Of a DNA stretch of 64,000 nt, positions 1 through 12,200 are shown one piece after another. A model generated the notes under the pieces. It was given only the letters and a program-made list of their open reading frames with translations, had not been told where the DNA came from and made no database searches. Where the stretch lies: assembly GCA_002269645.1 (NCBI GenBank), contig NIVC01002127.1, positions 44,240-108,239 on the forward strand, read 5' to 3'. The DNA is from Macrostomum lignano. Taxonomy: Eukaryota. Position 1 is the first letter of the stretch. Each line of letters opens with the position of its first letter. The translations under genes were made by a program, and so were the position numbers.

Positions 1-92
1 AGACACCCACAGACTCCCACTATCAGTGGCGTACGAAGGAATTTTTTTTGAATCAAAGGTACCACAAACCTATCGGGCACCAATATCTGGCG

Positions 93-785
93 TCTTGGTG
101 GCGCCCCTGTTTATTGGTGGGCACCCCTGTCTTTTGGTGGGCGTCCCTGTCTCTTGGTGGGCGCCCCTGTTCCTTGGTGGCACCCCTGTTCCTTGGTGGG
201 CGCCCCTGTCTCTTGGTCGGCGCCCCTGTCTCTTGGTGGGCGCCCCTGTTCCTTGGTGGCGCCCCTGTTCCTTGGTGGGCGCCCCTGTCTCTTGGTGGGC
301 GCCCCTGTCTCTTGGTGGGCGCCCCTGTTCCTTGGTGGCGCCCCTGTTCCTTGGTGGGCGCCCCTGTCTCTTGAATTGGCGCTCCTGTCTCTTGGTGGAC
401 GCCACTGTCTCTTGGTGACGCCCCTGTTTATTGGTGGGCGCCCCTGTCTTTTGGTGGGCGTCCCTGTCTCTTGGGTTGGCGCTCCTGTCTCTTGGTGGAC
501 GCCACTGTTTCTTGGTGGGCGCCCCTGTCTCTTGGTGGGCGCCCCTGTCTCTTGGTGGGCGCCCCTGTTCCTTGGTGGCGCCCCTGTTCCTTGGTGGGCG
601 CCCCTGTCTCTTGGTCGGCGCCCCTGTCTCTTGGTGGGCGCCCCTGTCTCTTGGTGGGCGCCCCTGTCTCTTGGTGGGCGCCCCTGTTCCTTGGTGGCGC
701 CCCTGTTCCTTGGTGGGCGCCCCTGTCTCTTGGTCGGCGCCCCTGTCTCTTGGTGGGCGCCCCTGCCTCTTGGTGGCGCCCCTGT
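93..785. repeat. GC-rich minisatellite, 19-20 bp unit GGTGG(G)CGCCCCTGT(CT/TC)CTT
   Basis: About 35 near-identical tandem units read directly; ends in a G-run at ~786-798. Confidence 0.95.
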
Positions 786-799
786 CGGGGGGGGGGGGA

Positions 800-1069
800 A
801 TCGATCACAATGGTGAAGATTTTCAAAGCTCAGGGACAAGCTAGCTGATCAATTGGGGTGACGATGGCGAGGTTTGCTCGAGGACGGGCCGAAGCAACTT
901 ATTATATTTATAGGCCACATGAGAGTCACATGGTGACGTCACCATCGAGCCGTACGTTAATTGGCTGGAAAAAGGGTGTCTAGGAATGTGGCTTAGGATG
1001 AGTCACTGCGGGATCAGTGCAGGGGTAATGGGTGATTGCATGGACAGGTGAGAGTAATAAATCACTACA
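800..1069 (-). mobile_element. Possible LTR fragment
   Basis: The minus strand begins TGTAGTGA at 1069, the same terminus as the solo LTR at 33561. It carries TGAGTCA and TGACGTCA motifs and a minus-strand TATAAATA near 910. No second terminus or TSD was found. Confidence 0.3.
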
Positions 1070-4000
1070 AATGACAATCTGACATATACATGTAGGTCAC
1101 GCTTGTTGATACAATTTGTAGTTTCAAACATAAGAGCAAAAAGAGGGTGACATTTAAGTGTGAATCGCACAACAACCCGGAGGTCAAATTTTCATGCACA
1201 GAGTCAGACGTACGCGTTTCCACTGGACATGGATTGCCGTCTATAGAAACAAAATGGCTTGCAGAAATTTCTGGGCAAATAAAATAACGCAATCCAGGCC
1301 ACCCTTTGAGAATATGATGATAATAAAGTCATGAAGTATAATTTATGGAAAATAAAAGTCTCGAGTGAGCAGATATTCGAGAGCATCAACCATTAAGCAT
1401 TCTCTCATTGACAGCCTCTCTACTGAACAAGAAATATAAATCAATGCAGGAATTCAACCTCTGAAAGCTTTCTAACTCCTGCAGCAAATCTTAACTTCTC
1501 ACCTTCTAGACTTCCAAAAAGTCATATTCGAGTGTGTAATATGAATCGAGTCTGAGCTAGAGTCTGAGTCTGAGTCTCGACTCTCAACCATATCCTATAA
1601 ATTAGTAAAAGTACAACTTGAAATTTTTTAACGTTTATCCAGGATTTTCCCATGGGGTCCGCATCTTTGGAATCGCCATTTCATTTGAGGGGCCGGCATT
1701 TCATTTGAGGGGCGCCACTTCATTTGAGGGGGGGGGGCATTTAATTTGGGGGGGGGCACGGGTACCTCAATCTTAATTCTTCTCTAAGGTGGTAATCAAA
1801 GGTCTCATAGATAAAAGTTTTATTGGCATCTGCGGTAATTTCGCTGTATTTAATATCGAAAAATTGTTTAAAGTTTTGCGAATCCGCCGCTGTAATAATA
1901 TTCGACCTATCTTCCTATTTATTTCGGATTTACATGCTATTTTGTATGTAAAATAGAAATTCACAATGTACTACTTCCAATAGGCAAATAGTCCGGCAAA
2001 ATCGTCTTTAAGATTATGTAACTTTTTTATCTTATCAGTCAAATATATTTCTACTAAAAGTAATAATGATTAATATTTTGCACAATAGGATGTTTATCCT
2101 TGACACGGCATCAAAATCAATCGGTTTAAGAAGTCAAAATATAAAAAAATCGGAATTCTTGAAGCTATTTATGTCTTCTGATTAGGCCCTTAATTCTTAA
2201 AAGCTGCACACAGGGTAAATTGCAATTGCAGAATAGTCGATTCGATCGATTCTGAAACAAGAGGCAAGACAAATTATAAAAAGTGCATATCAAAACAAAA
2301 CAATCAAGTTTCTTAGTCAAAAGTACATCCTATTGAATATTTTAAGGAATTAGTGCTTGTGATAGGAAACGTTATCATCTGTCACTAAAATAGTAAAAAT
2401 ACATCAGGTTAATAATACAGCACTTTAGAGTTTGAAATTAACTCTTGGAAATAAATAAATTATAATAAAAAAGAAATAGTAACATGTTGATAGCCTCACT
2501 TGTAATTCTAGAACTATTTTAGCCACTGCATGTAAATGCATGTAAATCAGTACAAACATGTACATGCATATCTTTAGTTGAAGAAACCACAAAACACTAA
2601 AACGTTACACCGAAAAATTTAACAAGGGCTAATTATTTTTGTTAAATGTTATTCACTACGTGTGTTATAATTTACAAAAATATTGTACCACTTAGCCTAA
2701 TACATTTATTAAAAACTTTAAAGTCCATGGGGGCCTTTTTTAATTTAAATGTAAATTTCAGGAAACTCAGATAAAACTGAGAAATGCAGATCTTCCTCAC
2801 CAGTTGTAAAGCACAATGATCAAATACATCAAATTCGCTGCAGATACCATGTAGCCAAATGGACACATTGAAAGTAAGTACATCGCAAGGCGGTTAATCT
2901 GTTTATTTAGCGTTCAAAAATAAAAGGTAAAGACACACTATAATGGACGCATAGGTAAGAAAAACAAAAATGACTAGCTTTGGAAACATCAGTTGAATTC
3001 CTAAAATCATTTTACGAATATTAAATAATAGAAAAACTTGCGAGTGAATAAGGGAACGGATTTCAGATGTACCTTGGGTCTCCTAGACGAGTTGGTTGAA
3101 AATTCCCGTATAAATCAAATATGTTCTCAAATAGATACTGTAAAAGAAAATTTGCTATGAAGGAATGTTTTGTTATTCCTAGTGAAAATAAAAACAGTTA
3201 AAAACATTTGTTCAAACCTAAGCTTGCAGTTAGCCCCAGTATTTTTCATATCTTTAAAACTTTGTTGAAAACAAACTTTTTAACTTCGGCATTTTTACGA
3301 GTTGCCCAATAAATCCCAATTTTAGTTTTCAAGGCCTTGATCACTGTACGTGTACAATAGTTCTTTTTAATCAATGTATTATATAGCGCTAGCAATCTAT
3401 CCCGTATTACGCGTTTATTTATGTAAAAATTTTCTTTTTCTAATCGCGCCTTATTTTTGTTTAAGCACTCTATTTTTGGTTATTTCTTTCTTACATATTT
3501 GCTTCAAAAATACCCTTCATATTTAATGCCTAATAATTGCCAGCAATCCTTTTATCTGATTTTTTTGTCTGATTAATACATATAAACTTATTTTTATCAC
3601 CTACGAATTCAAGTGACACCATACTTGTCTTTTAATTCCTTACTTAAATACTTTTTGCTTTGTTTGCCGTTAAAGATTTTTGAAGTTTCGTAGAAAAAAA
3701 AAATTGGCGCCCTTTCAAATACTATATTATTGTAAAACTCGCCGCACAGATCCCATTCTATTGAAATAATATTAATATTAAATACACTGACATATACTGG
3801 CCAAACAGGCTTCTTGCCTGAGCCAAACTTACTACTACTACTACTAGTAATGGCTCCTCTAATCTATATGTCAGTATATAAATATAGGTAGATAGCTTGC
3901 TCTGTGCCATCTGCGCCTGACATTTGAGGCAGAAATCCAATTCTGCAGGCCTAAGAAAATTCCCCAGAAAATAGGCCCTAGCATTATGCCAGTATCCCGA

Positions 4001-4768
4001 GCTATTGCACTAGGTATGCCTCTAAGTCTAATTTTAACTGTAGGTTTAAGTAATTAAAATTAAAAGCCAATGATATGAATATAATATAATATTAATGAAC
4101 TAATTTTACCTTCATTTTAGAGACTTCAATAAGGGTCCTAAAGTTAAAGGCAAATTTAGGAAAAAATATGGCCTAGGACTCGACTAGCTAACTAAGTAGG
4201 CCTAAAGGATATCAGCCTTATGGAATTTCCTTGGACCCTAGCCTAGGCAGTAGCCTAGGGAGCTTTTAAGGAAATTACTATTACTAGGCCTAAGCCTAAT
4301 TAGACTAGAGCCTAGGGCCTAGGCCTATGTTAGGGACCTTGTTACTAGCTATGGTCCTAGTCCCTAAAAATTGAGAATAACAATAAATTCTTTAGGGTCC
4401 CTACTAATAACTAGAATATAACTTATAAGTAATATTCTACTGATATCTCAATAAATATAATAGCTATTCCAAATTTTACCACAATTTACTATATTTTAGA
4501 TCATACATGCCCAACCTCAAAATTTCACCCGTTTAGTGCAACTTAGTTTTGTCCAGATTTGCGACTTACCTATGTACCACCACACTGAAGGACCAGGGGG
4601 GGGGGGTTAGCACGCCTTGTGCATGTTTGTGCTTATTGAAACATGGAAGTACCTCATTTCTCTTCCCTTTCTCCTGCCCTTACTTACTGATTGATTTATC
4701 ATTCACTTATGTAGCATTGTACTAAACTGCATTGTAGCCTGTACCCTGTAGGCTATATTCTCTACATA

Positions 4769-5508
4769 CCATAGTCAGGAAGGTGGCAAAGTGTGCGCCG
4801 GAACAAATTTTGGCCTCTCCCAAAATTGTGCGCCGTGCGCCGACACAAAAACCCTCGTGTGCGCCGTTGTGCGCCCGCCACTACCTGCCTTGCGACAATA
4901 AAAGACCTTTTTTTACAACATAGCAACAAATTTTGTGCGCCAATATTTTCAATAAACCCTACCCCTAATATTTCTTATAGTTATTACTATGGTACAGGCA
5001 TTCAAAGTAAAAAAATATATTTTTTTTTAAAATATATATGGTTACGGGCTATCTATATTATATTATGAGAAATTAAGATCGTTAAACCGAAAATAGAAAT
5101 TAAAAAAAAATTTAATTTAATTTCTAATTTTTAAAACAAAACAAACATAAAAAGTAAGCAAATGGCAAAAACAAAGGTAAAAAGGAAAAGGAAAATATTT
5201 TATTTTATTTTTTATTTTTTGGTAGAATGCAGTGTTACATTAGATAGAACAGTGAATAGTGTACTGTAACAAGTAACGACTTACATCGTTACATGGGATC
5301 GCCACAAGGGTAACGCTGCATGTGGCGCGGCGCCCGCTGCGCCGCGCCGCCATGCGCCGGTGTCCTCTGGTGTGCGCCGCTGTGCGCCAGTGCGCCGCTG
5401 TGCGCTGTTGTGGCGCGCCGCTGTGCGCCGTTGTGCGCCGTTGTGTGCCCAAAAAGGGCTTGTGTGCGCCGGAATTTTCCGACCAAACTGCCACCTTCCT
5501 GACTATGG
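4769..5508. mobile_element. Non-autonomous hAT-type element, CCATAGTCAGGAAGGTGGC TIR family, copy 1
   Basis: Perfect 19-bp TIRs; perfect 8-bp TSD TCTACATA (4761-4768 and 5509-5516); subterminal GTGCGCCG repeats. Confidence 0.92.
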
Positions 5509-5649
5509 TCTACATACTGTACTGTATATGTCTAGCAAACTAACTTGTATATGTACACTCGTGCACTCATACACACATATATATATATAGGTGTATATTC
5601 TTTGAGTCATTATATACTTCATTTAAAGATAGACCTGCACCTGACTATA

Positions 5650-6942
5650 TGAGGGCTAAGCAATAAGTTTCCAGATGTGCCCAGACAGAAATAGTTTAAG
5701 AGAAAAAACAGTTACATTTTTTCAAAGTACTTTCCAGCAGATTCGATGTAAATTTTTATGTACTTTACCACTTGCTGAAATAGCTGGACCAATCTAAAGC
5801 AGGCACCTCTTCCACATGCCGAATGAAAGCCTCCATTGCAGCTTCTAATGATCCATAGTGGATTTCACGCATCCTGCGCTTGATTTGTGGAAACAGGGGG
5901 CCAGGTCAGGGCTGTAGGGTGGATGACCGAGCTCTTGAATGAGCTCTCCGGCCAGGAACTCTGCCACCTGTCAAGCCTTGTGGGCCGGGGCATTGTTGTG
6001 ATAGAGAAGGATGCCCCAAGCTCGAGTCCTTTGGCGATGCCTAGAGAGAGTGCTCAGCACTTCTGGCAGGCAAACATTGGCGTACTAGTCACCAGTGACT
6101 GTGTGCTGCTGCACAAGTGGAACTGTGGCCAGATGACCAGTTTTTGCCACAAAAATGGCCACCATCTGCTTTGCCACACTGCACTCTCACCGAAGCTTGG
6201 ATGGTGGGGTGCTGCCAACTGGAGTCCACTGGGCCAACTGCTGCTTAGTCTCTGGGGCGAAACTATGGATCCAGGACTCGTCACCACTGACAATATCCCA
6301 GACCAAGTTTGAGCTGCCTCCATTGAATCTGTTGAGCATAGTGCGGCACCAGGTCACTCGAGCCTCTTTCTGCTCCGGAGTCAGCTGATGAGGCACCTAG
6401 CATGCAGAAATCTTGCTCAGGTTGAGATGTGAATGCAGGATTGTCCTGATGGATCCTGATGAAATACCCACCTCTGCCTCTATCTGGGCCAGTCACTCGG
6501 GCATCATCCTCAACCATGGCCTGGACAGCAGCAACATTATCCTCAGTTGTTGTGGAGACAGACAAGCTGCTGCGCTCCTTATCATCCAGACTCTGCCTGC
6601 CACATCAAAATTCAGCAAACCAGTCAAAAACGGTGGATCTAGATGGTGCTTCATCCCCAAAAGCTCCTCGCAATCGCTCAAGACTTTCTTGCTGCCGCAA
6701 ACCACTTTTAAAATGGTAGTAAATCATTGCTCTAAAATGACTCCTATTGAGCTCCATTGTGAATTTGATAGATAGGGTGGCTATGCTAGCTTGGTTTGGG
6801 ATGCTACACTGGCTATATATGACCAGTGTGTTTGAAACTTTACAAATATTGTACTTATATAATGTACTTGACACCTATGGTGTCAGATTTTGTCAGCTGC
6901 CTCTCAACTATGCACACCCAGAAACTTATTGCTCAGCCCTCA
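5650..6942 (-). mobile_element. Tc1/mariner element, ~1.3 kb, defective
   Basis: TIRs TGAGGGCTAAGCAATAAGTTTC and GAAACTTATTGCTCAGCCCTCA, flanked by TA dinucleotides; internal mariner transposase remnants. Confidence 0.93.
5700..6757 (-). pseudogene. Mariner transposase pseudogene
   Basis: ATG at 6757 (MELNRSHFRAMIYYHFKSG...APSRSTVFDWFAEF, helix-turn-helix). Motifs: *VPHQL (W mutated to stop), GDESW, HNNAPAH (catalytic D to N), YSPDLAPC. Several frameshifts and stops. Confidence 0.9.
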
Positions 6943-7299
6943 TACACTGAATCCTACATGTGAATGGGATAAAAAAGGCCATGAAGACTATTCTATCAAC
7001 CAGTGCCCCCTTTCTGCAGCTAAAGAGCGAAAGCCATTGCTCTTTATACAATGGAAACTTGGTCGTGTAACTCTTGGAAAAGTTAATGATTATTCTGGTG
7101 CGCATTGAATATTAGAATAAAATTTATAGCCTAGGGATCAGGTGATAGTGCAGCTGCAGCACATTCAAGAGAACTAGAAACACCACCATCCCACACAGAA
7201 TACAAAATCCAGAGGTGCAAAATCCAGAGGTTGCTTCTAATAGAGATCTATCTATGCAGAATGCAAAAATTGAGATTCTTGCAAATGCAACAACCCACA

Positions 7300-7490
7300 G
7301 GACGTTACAACAGATAAAGCATCTGTGATGACAGGAAGTAGAGTTGGACTTACAAGTTTGCTAAAACCATGGGCAAGAAACAATTTCTTCCAACACCATT
7401 GTGCTGCACACAAATTGGAGCCTTCTATGTATCATGCCTTCAAAAATTTGCCATATATACAATGCCTGGATACACTACTACAACGCCTAG
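7300..7490 (+). pseudogene. hAT transposase remnant (ZNF862-like type)
   Basis: Translates TDKASVMTGSRVGLTSLLKPWARNNFFQHHCAAHKLE, matching the hAT D-G-A-S-V-M-x-G ... H-C-x-x-H motif. Confidence 0.75.
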
Positions 7491-7509
7491 AGGACAGGCA
7501 AAAAATCTC

Positions 7510-7862
7510 CCGATTGCAACTTAGTTCCTCCCAATTGCAACTTAGTTCCTCCCAATTGCGACTTAGTTCTTCCCGATTCTGACTTAGTTCCTCCTGATTG
7601 CGACTTAGTTCCTCCTGATTGCGACTTAGTTCTTCCCGATTGCGACTTAGTTCCTCCTGATTGCAACTTAGTTCCTCCCGATTGCGACTTAGTTCCTCCC
7701 AATTGCGACTTAGTTCCTCCCAATTGCAACTTAGTTCCTCCTGATTGCAACTTAGTTCCTCCCGATTGTGACTTAGTTCCTCCCAATTGCAACTTAGTTC
7801 CTCCCGATTATGACTTAGTTCCTCCCAATTGCGACTTAGTTCCTCCTAATTGCTACTTAGTT
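7510..7862. repeat. 21-bp minisatellite GATTGCGACTTAGTTCCTCCC inside the hAT element
   Basis: About 16 tandem units; the core TTGCGACTTA matches the element's subterminal motif. Confidence 0.95.
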
Positions 7863-8113
7863 CCTATGTTCTCTTTTTTTCTCTTTCTCTTTCCTCTTTC
7901 TCTCTCTCTCTTCTTCCTTTCTTTTCCTTTTCTCTTCCTCTCCTTTCTTTCTTCTCCCAATTTTTCATTTTTCCCATTTTCAATTTTGCAACTTACCTCA
8001 GCCGGTGGCCATTTCACCCATGTGGTTCAGACAGATCGGACGGGTGTTGGGCATGTATGACCTTAGTCACAGAAATATTTTTAATAGGGCCTATATAATA
8101 TTATATATTATAC

Positions 8114-8306
8114 CAGTGGTTCTGAACCTATAGGCTGCAACTCCCGTTGGGGTTGCCTGACCATTTTCTAGGGGTTGCAGCACCAATAAATAATAATATG
8201 TCATGCTAAATGATGCATTATATTGATTATAAAAGGGGTCACAAACAAAAAAATGATGCAAGTGAATAAATTAAGGTTGCCTGAAAAAATAGGTTGAGGA
8301 CTGCTG
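8114..8306. mobile_element. hAT-Charlie-like MITE, 193 bp
   Basis: Imperfect TIRs CAGTGGTTCTGAACCT and AGGTTGAGGACTGCTG; perfect 8-bp TSD TATTATAC. Confidence 0.85.
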
Positions 8307-8472
8307 TATTATACCTACAAGAATACTAGGAAAGATTAGGCCTAGCTATTGCTAAAAGCAACAAAATTAGTATTCTCTTTTTATTCTAAGCCTTTGACTT
8401 TAATTGATCTTGCTATAAAGTTTTTGGTTCTTTTAGTTAAATCAAATTTGAATTGAATAAGTATAAAACAAT

Positions 8473-8474
<2 letters not shown>

Positions 8475-8527
<53 letters not shown>
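8475..8527. repeat. (TA)n microsatellite
   Basis: Read directly. Confidence 0.95.
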
Positions 8528-8528
<1 letters not shown>

Positions 8529-8689
8529 GAGTATATACGAGTATATTAATAGTTATAGAAGTTATTACCTCAATCACAGAATGTGTATGTAAATACATGC
8601 TTAACACTTGGCTGACCCTGCCAATTTTATCTGGTTGGTGAGAGGTCTTGCCTAGGTAAGTAGCAAAAATGCCAACCTGAAAAAATAGA

Positions 8690-8865
8690 TGCATTACTAA
8701 TTAGATGATGAGGCATTTAGCCCTAGTAATACAGTCATAATTACTCTTGCAGTTTATCTAAAAGTATATTAATTTTGATTTAGGATTTCTTTCATAGGTA
8801 AGTTGCATTTTTGGTCAAAAAGTAAGTTGCATGGCTTGGTGAAATTTTGAATTTGGGCATGTATG
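8690..8865. mobile_element. Orphan terminal fragment of the CATACATG hAT family
   Basis: About 170 bp homologous to 40860-41026, ending GGGCATGTATG. Confidence 0.7.
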
Positions 8866-9238
8866 CGTATATGTAATGTCAAAAAATCTCTGTTGTTTGA
8901 GTCTTCAATCCTAGGGACTTATAAGCTGCCTACAGATTGAAGGTAAAAGCATTCATCTTTACTTTAGCTCTCACTATCTCAATGAGAACATGGGCAGTGT
9001 GGGCACATGGCATAAAAAACCTGGCACCTAAAGTTGCCCCTGTTCTGAAACTGGCAATATACATTTATTTCTATTTGAATATTGTCATAAAACCTAGGAA
9101 AATTCATAATGCACTCTGATCTTATTGTTACAGCCATCTCTAACCCAAGTTAAGTTTAACTGAAAGCTGCAATTGTAAAAGGTTAACCCAAAGTCTCAGT
9201 TGGCATATCTAGAACATTATATAAGGCGATTATCTGCT

Positions 9239-12200
9239 ATGCTGACCAGTAGTGTCAGCTCCACAATTGGTGGCAGTGTAAAACCGCCTGTGTCAGCTGC
9301 AGCGGTGAGTTCATCTAGCAAATCTCCGGGTCACCAGCATCTTCGCCGGCTTGGTTGTCAGTGCTCAAATCCTCCATCAGTGAATGGTTCCGGTTTGATC
9401 TGCTGTCCAGGCTGTTCAGACTGGTTTCATCGGGACTGCGTTAGTCACCTGCTTGCTAATGTTAGTAATAATAAAGTTGGAGGCGATAAAGATAGTTCGA
9501 CTGTGAATTCATTTCGATGCGAGTCGTGTCTCAGACTGCGACGGAATCCGAGTCCCGGTTAGTGTAGATTTCTAAATGTATTCTCATTTTTAGTCAATGG
9601 ATAATTTAAAAAGCATGTCTACATCTACTTTAAAAAACCATTGGGAATTTCATTGGATTCATCAGATAATGTCACCCACCAAAGGAAGACTAAGAGAGGA
9701 CTCTATTACCCACTAGAAAAGTAAGTGTGAGGGTTCTATTACCCACCGTAGGGGGACTAAGAGAGGGTTCTATCACCCACCATAGAAGGACTAAGAGAGG
9801 GTTCTATCACCCACCATAGAAGGACTAAGAGAGGGCTCTATCACCCACCATAGAAGGACTAAGAGAGGGCTCTATCACCCACCATAGAAGGACTAAGAGA
9901 GAGGGTTCTATCACCCACCATAGAAGTACTAAGAGAGGGCTCTATCACCCACCATAGGATGACAAAGAGAGGTCTTTCACCCACCATAGTAGGACTAAGA
10001 GAGAGGGTTCTATCACCCACCTTAGGACGACTAAGAGAGGTCTTTCACCCACCATATGGGCACTAAGGTAGAGGGTTCAATCATCCACCAAAGTAACTGA
10101 TACATGTATAATGTATCAAGTTGATGAATTCGCAGGCACTCCCGAGCACGGCTACGCTTATGATGATCAACATCAACAGTCTCAGAATCTGCAACTCCAT
10201 CTGCAGCAAGCAGTGCCTCATCATAATCAGCAGCAGCAATCTCAATTGCTGTCGCCACAAAAATTGTCATCGCCAACAAAACAGTCTCACGGCGCGGCGT
10301 CTTTCTATGAAACCTCAAGCGCAACCTACGGAGGCGGCGCCGGCCGTGGCGGCAGGAATTCCAGCGGCTCGAAGAAGATCAGCTTCTTGCCTAGATCTGA
10401 TTCTTCTAGTAGCGGCCAGCAGCAACTAAGCAAACCGTCTACTAGTAAGGCGGCTGTTAGCGATGGTTAGTGATCGAATGGATTTATATGTTCTTGTCCA
10501 TGGTATGTCTTGGTGTGTCCTTGGTATCTGTCTTAGTGTGTCCTTGGTATGTCTTAGTGTGTCCTTGGTATGTCTTAGTGTGTCCTTGGTATCTGTCTTT
10601 GTGTGTCCTTGGTATGTCTTAGTGTGTCCTTGGTATCTGTCTTATTGTGTCCTTCGTGTCTGTCTTATTGTGTCCTTGGTATGTCTTAGTGTGTCCTTGG
10701 TATCTGTCTTATTGTGTCCTTGGTATGTCTTAGTGTGTCCTTGGTATCTGTCTTATTGTGTCCTTGGTATCTGTCTTATTGTGTCCTTGGTATGTCTTAT
10801 TGTGTCCTTGGTATGTCTTAGTGTGTCCTTGGTATCTGTCTTATTGTGTCCTTGGCATGTCTTATTGTGTCCTTGGTATGTCTTAGTGTGTCCTTGGTAT
10901 GTCTTAGTGTGTCCTTGGTATCTGTCTTTGTGTGTCCTTGGTATCTGTCTTATTGTGTCCTTGGTATCTGTCTTATTGTGTCCTTGGTATCTGTCTTATT
11001 GTGTCCTTGGTATCTGTCTTATTGTGTCCTTGGTATCTGTCTTATTGTGTCCTTGGTATCTGTCTTATTGTGTCCTTGGCATGTCTTATTGTGTCCTTGG
11101 TATGTCTTAGTGTGTCCTTGGTATCTGTCTTTGTGTGTCCTTGGTATGTCTTAGTGTGTCCTTGGTATGTCTTAGTGTGTCCTTGGTATCTGTCTTTGTG
11201 TGTCCTTGGTATGTCTTAGTGTGTCCTTGGTATCTGTCTTAGTGTGTCCTTGGCATGTCTTAGTGTGTCCTTGGTATGTCTTAGTGTGTCCTTGGTATCT
11301 GTCTTTGTGTGTCCTTGGTATGTCTTAGTGTGTCCTTGGTATCTGTCTTTGTGTGTCCTTGGTATGTCTTAGTGTATCCTTGGTATCTGTCTTTGTGTGT
11401 CCTTGGTATGTCTTAGTGTATCCTTGGTATCTGTCTTATTGTGTCCTTGGTATCTGTCTTAGTGTATCCTTGGTATCTGTCTTATTGTGTCCTTGGTATG
11501 TCTAAGTGTGTCCTTGGTATCTGTCTTATTGTGTCCTTGGTATGTCTTAGTGTGTCCTTGGTATGTCTTAGTGTGTCCTTGGTATCTGTCTTTGTGTGTC
11601 CTTGGTATGTCTTAGTGTGTCTTGGTATCTGTCTTATTGTGTCCTTCGTGTCTGTCTTTGTGTGTCCTTGGTATGTCTTAGTGTGTCCTTGGTATCTGTC
11701 TTATTGTGTCCTTGGTATCTGTCTTAGTGTGTCCTTGGTATCTGTCTTTGTGTGTCCTTGGTATCTGTCTTATTGTGTCCTTGGTATCTGTCTTAGTGTG
11801 TCCTTGGTATCTGTCTTATTGTGTCCTTGGCATGTCTTATTGTGTCCTTGGTATCTGTCTTATTGTGTCCTTGGTATCCGTCTTATTGTGTCCTTGGTAT
11901 CTTTCCTAGTGTCTTTTATTTGTTTATCGATTATGCTTCTGTTGATGCCTACTTGACACTTCTAGTTTGTTGGTTTTCTTCTAAATTTCCCCGCCTGCAT
12001 ATTTCACTTATTCACCTATTCAAAAACTTATTGCAACCAAATAACCTGTCTGACTAAACTCAGGTGGTAAAGGCGCCGGTTCCTCTGGCCGTCGTGCACA
12101 GGACGCCCCCGCGGGCTCCGCTAAGTCCAATACTGATGCGGCCTCGCCTCCGCAGATTGACGTGCTGGCTGAGATCTTTAGCGACACGACGCCTCGACAT

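Larger units (their letters stand above)
4502..8059 (+). mobile_element. Degenerate hAT DNA transposon (CATACATG-terminus family) hosting nested insertions
   Basis: Termini CATACATGCCCAAC (4502) and GTTGGGCATGTATG (8059). Both ends are homologous to the ends of the 39230-41026 element, which has an 8-bp TSD. Contains a hAT transposase remnant. The TSD is not conserved here. Confidence 0.75.

Noticed and set aside
24-785. CAGTGGCGTA at 24 as the left TIR of a MITE enclosing the array
   Set aside because: No matching right TIR followed by the expected CCCACTAT duplication was found.
26-848. Multiple 100-240 aa ORFs on both strands
   Set aside because: Products of a stop-free GC-rich minisatellite; no splice context or domain.
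5887-6775. Plus-strand ORFs of 70-140 aa
   Set aside because: Antisense shadows of the mariner transposase.
10463-11956. Cys/Leu-rich hydrophobic ORFs resembling membrane proteins
   Set aside because: Translations of the intron 2 satellite; flanking exons splice in phase around them.
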